A stretch of DNA of 63,642 bases, counting the filler, from Phoronis australis (lineage: Eukaryota > Animalia > Phoronida), in NCBI GenBank assembly GCA_002633005.1. It is 11 parts of 11 records of this genome, joined end to end, with 100 filler letters (N's around TTAATTAATTAA, not from the genome) between each part and the next. Parts side by side here need not be neighbours in the genome. Positions count along the whole stretch, not along the records: positions 62,564 to 63,642 come from NMRA01003943.1; 10 more parts are not named here. One strand, written 5' to 3'. Under the pieces are notes generated by a model. That model saw only the letters and a program-made list of their open reading frames with translations. It ran no database searches and was not told the DNA's origin. A program made the translations under genes and the position numbers. Of this stretch, positions 62,768 to 63,642 are shown in pieces (the stretch's first letter is position 1; each line of letters opens with the position of its first letter).

Positions 62768-63442
62768 GTGTGATATCTTGGTTTGGAAAGACCTGACACT
62801 TTGCTATTGCTTGAGAAGAAGATCTACAAATAGACACGTCATCGCGTGTCATTTGCTGATCATGCATGGTCTCGAGCAATAACCAACTGTCACTTCTATG
62901 CAAACTCAGAAATCACATCTCGTCTGATTAGAAGCAAACTGAAACCGGCCATTTCAAAGTGGTATGTGGTCAATATCAAACTTTCGCATTTTGAACAAAA
63001 TGCAGGTTTATAACCAATTTCAAATAATCTGATCATAGGGAATTATATTAGTGTTCTATTCTTCAATCAAAGCTCATGTTTCATATAAGGTTATGTAGGA
63101 CATTACTGACAAGTCGATGTATTTAACCATTTTTCTACAAAACTTTAGCTTTAATTACTCATTCTATCCCAAAAATCAGCAGCTCTCCAAAAGACAAACT
63201 AATTGTCTGATGCTTTTCTGTTCCCAGCTGCTCACAAACGCAAAAAGTCTTCAACCCTTACAACACCTGAACAGTTTCAATATCTGCTGAAGTCATTGAC
63301 AATTGTCGAATTAGGGTGCAATGTACTGTTGAATGTAGGAAGATTTTTAAGTAAAAATTACTAATTTTAGTTCAGCAAAAATTTCAAAAGTGTACATCAA
63401 TCATCAGTTATATCTTCAATAATAACAAATTCCAAAGCTTAC

Positions 63443-63503
63443 CAGATGTCAAAATGACCAGAATTAAATTGATAACTTCTAGTGTAATCATGACTCCAGA
63501 CCC
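63443..63503 (-). CDS. Candidate 61-nt exon, possibly a transmembrane helix
   Basis: cattttccag acceptor, GTAAGC donor; one frame reads GSGVMITLEVINLILVILTS. Confidence 0.35.
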
Positions 63504-63642
63504 CTGGAAAATGAATCAAAAAAGAAAAACTCAGAGGAGACCTGTGACTCATGCCACTGACTACATTTATAATTTCTATTCAGTTATATTTATCTTCATT
63601 TGGACTTGGCTATTCAAAACCCACAGGGAGTAATAAAACAAT

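Overview
This is low-GC, intron-rich animal DNA. The PHLPP and CYFIP peptides and the repeat content suggest a marine invertebrate, probably a lophotrochozoan (inference). It is not one locus: 11 contigs are joined by ten identical 100-nt artificial spacers (N44-TTAATTAATTAA-N44), so adjacency across a spacer means nothing. Spliced genes read by hand with phase-consistent GT-AG sites: a 3-exon type II membrane protein with five LDL-receptor class A repeats (plus a diverged partial duplicate), one DDAH exon, the last two CYFIP/Sra-1 exons, a CUB-domain end followed by mucin-like micro-exons, nine consecutive PHLPP LRR exons, two exons of an unidentified gene, a stonustoxin-like N-terminal exon, and two kinesin-14 motor exons. 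Mobile DNA: a decayed PIN+CXC transposase-like gene, a Gypsy integrase with PPT and a 172-bp LTR, a LINE endonuclease fragment, LINE 3' tails, tRNA-derived SINE heads, several MITE families and minisatellites. The best signal comes from filled/empty comparisons inside repeats, which show TA converted to TACATGTA at two independent sites. This octamer occurs at least 12 times in the window and matches a Tc1/mariner-type excision scar. An 87-bp near-perfect hairpin element with an 8-bp TSD and verified empty sites is also present. No prokaryotic system or CRISPR array was found.
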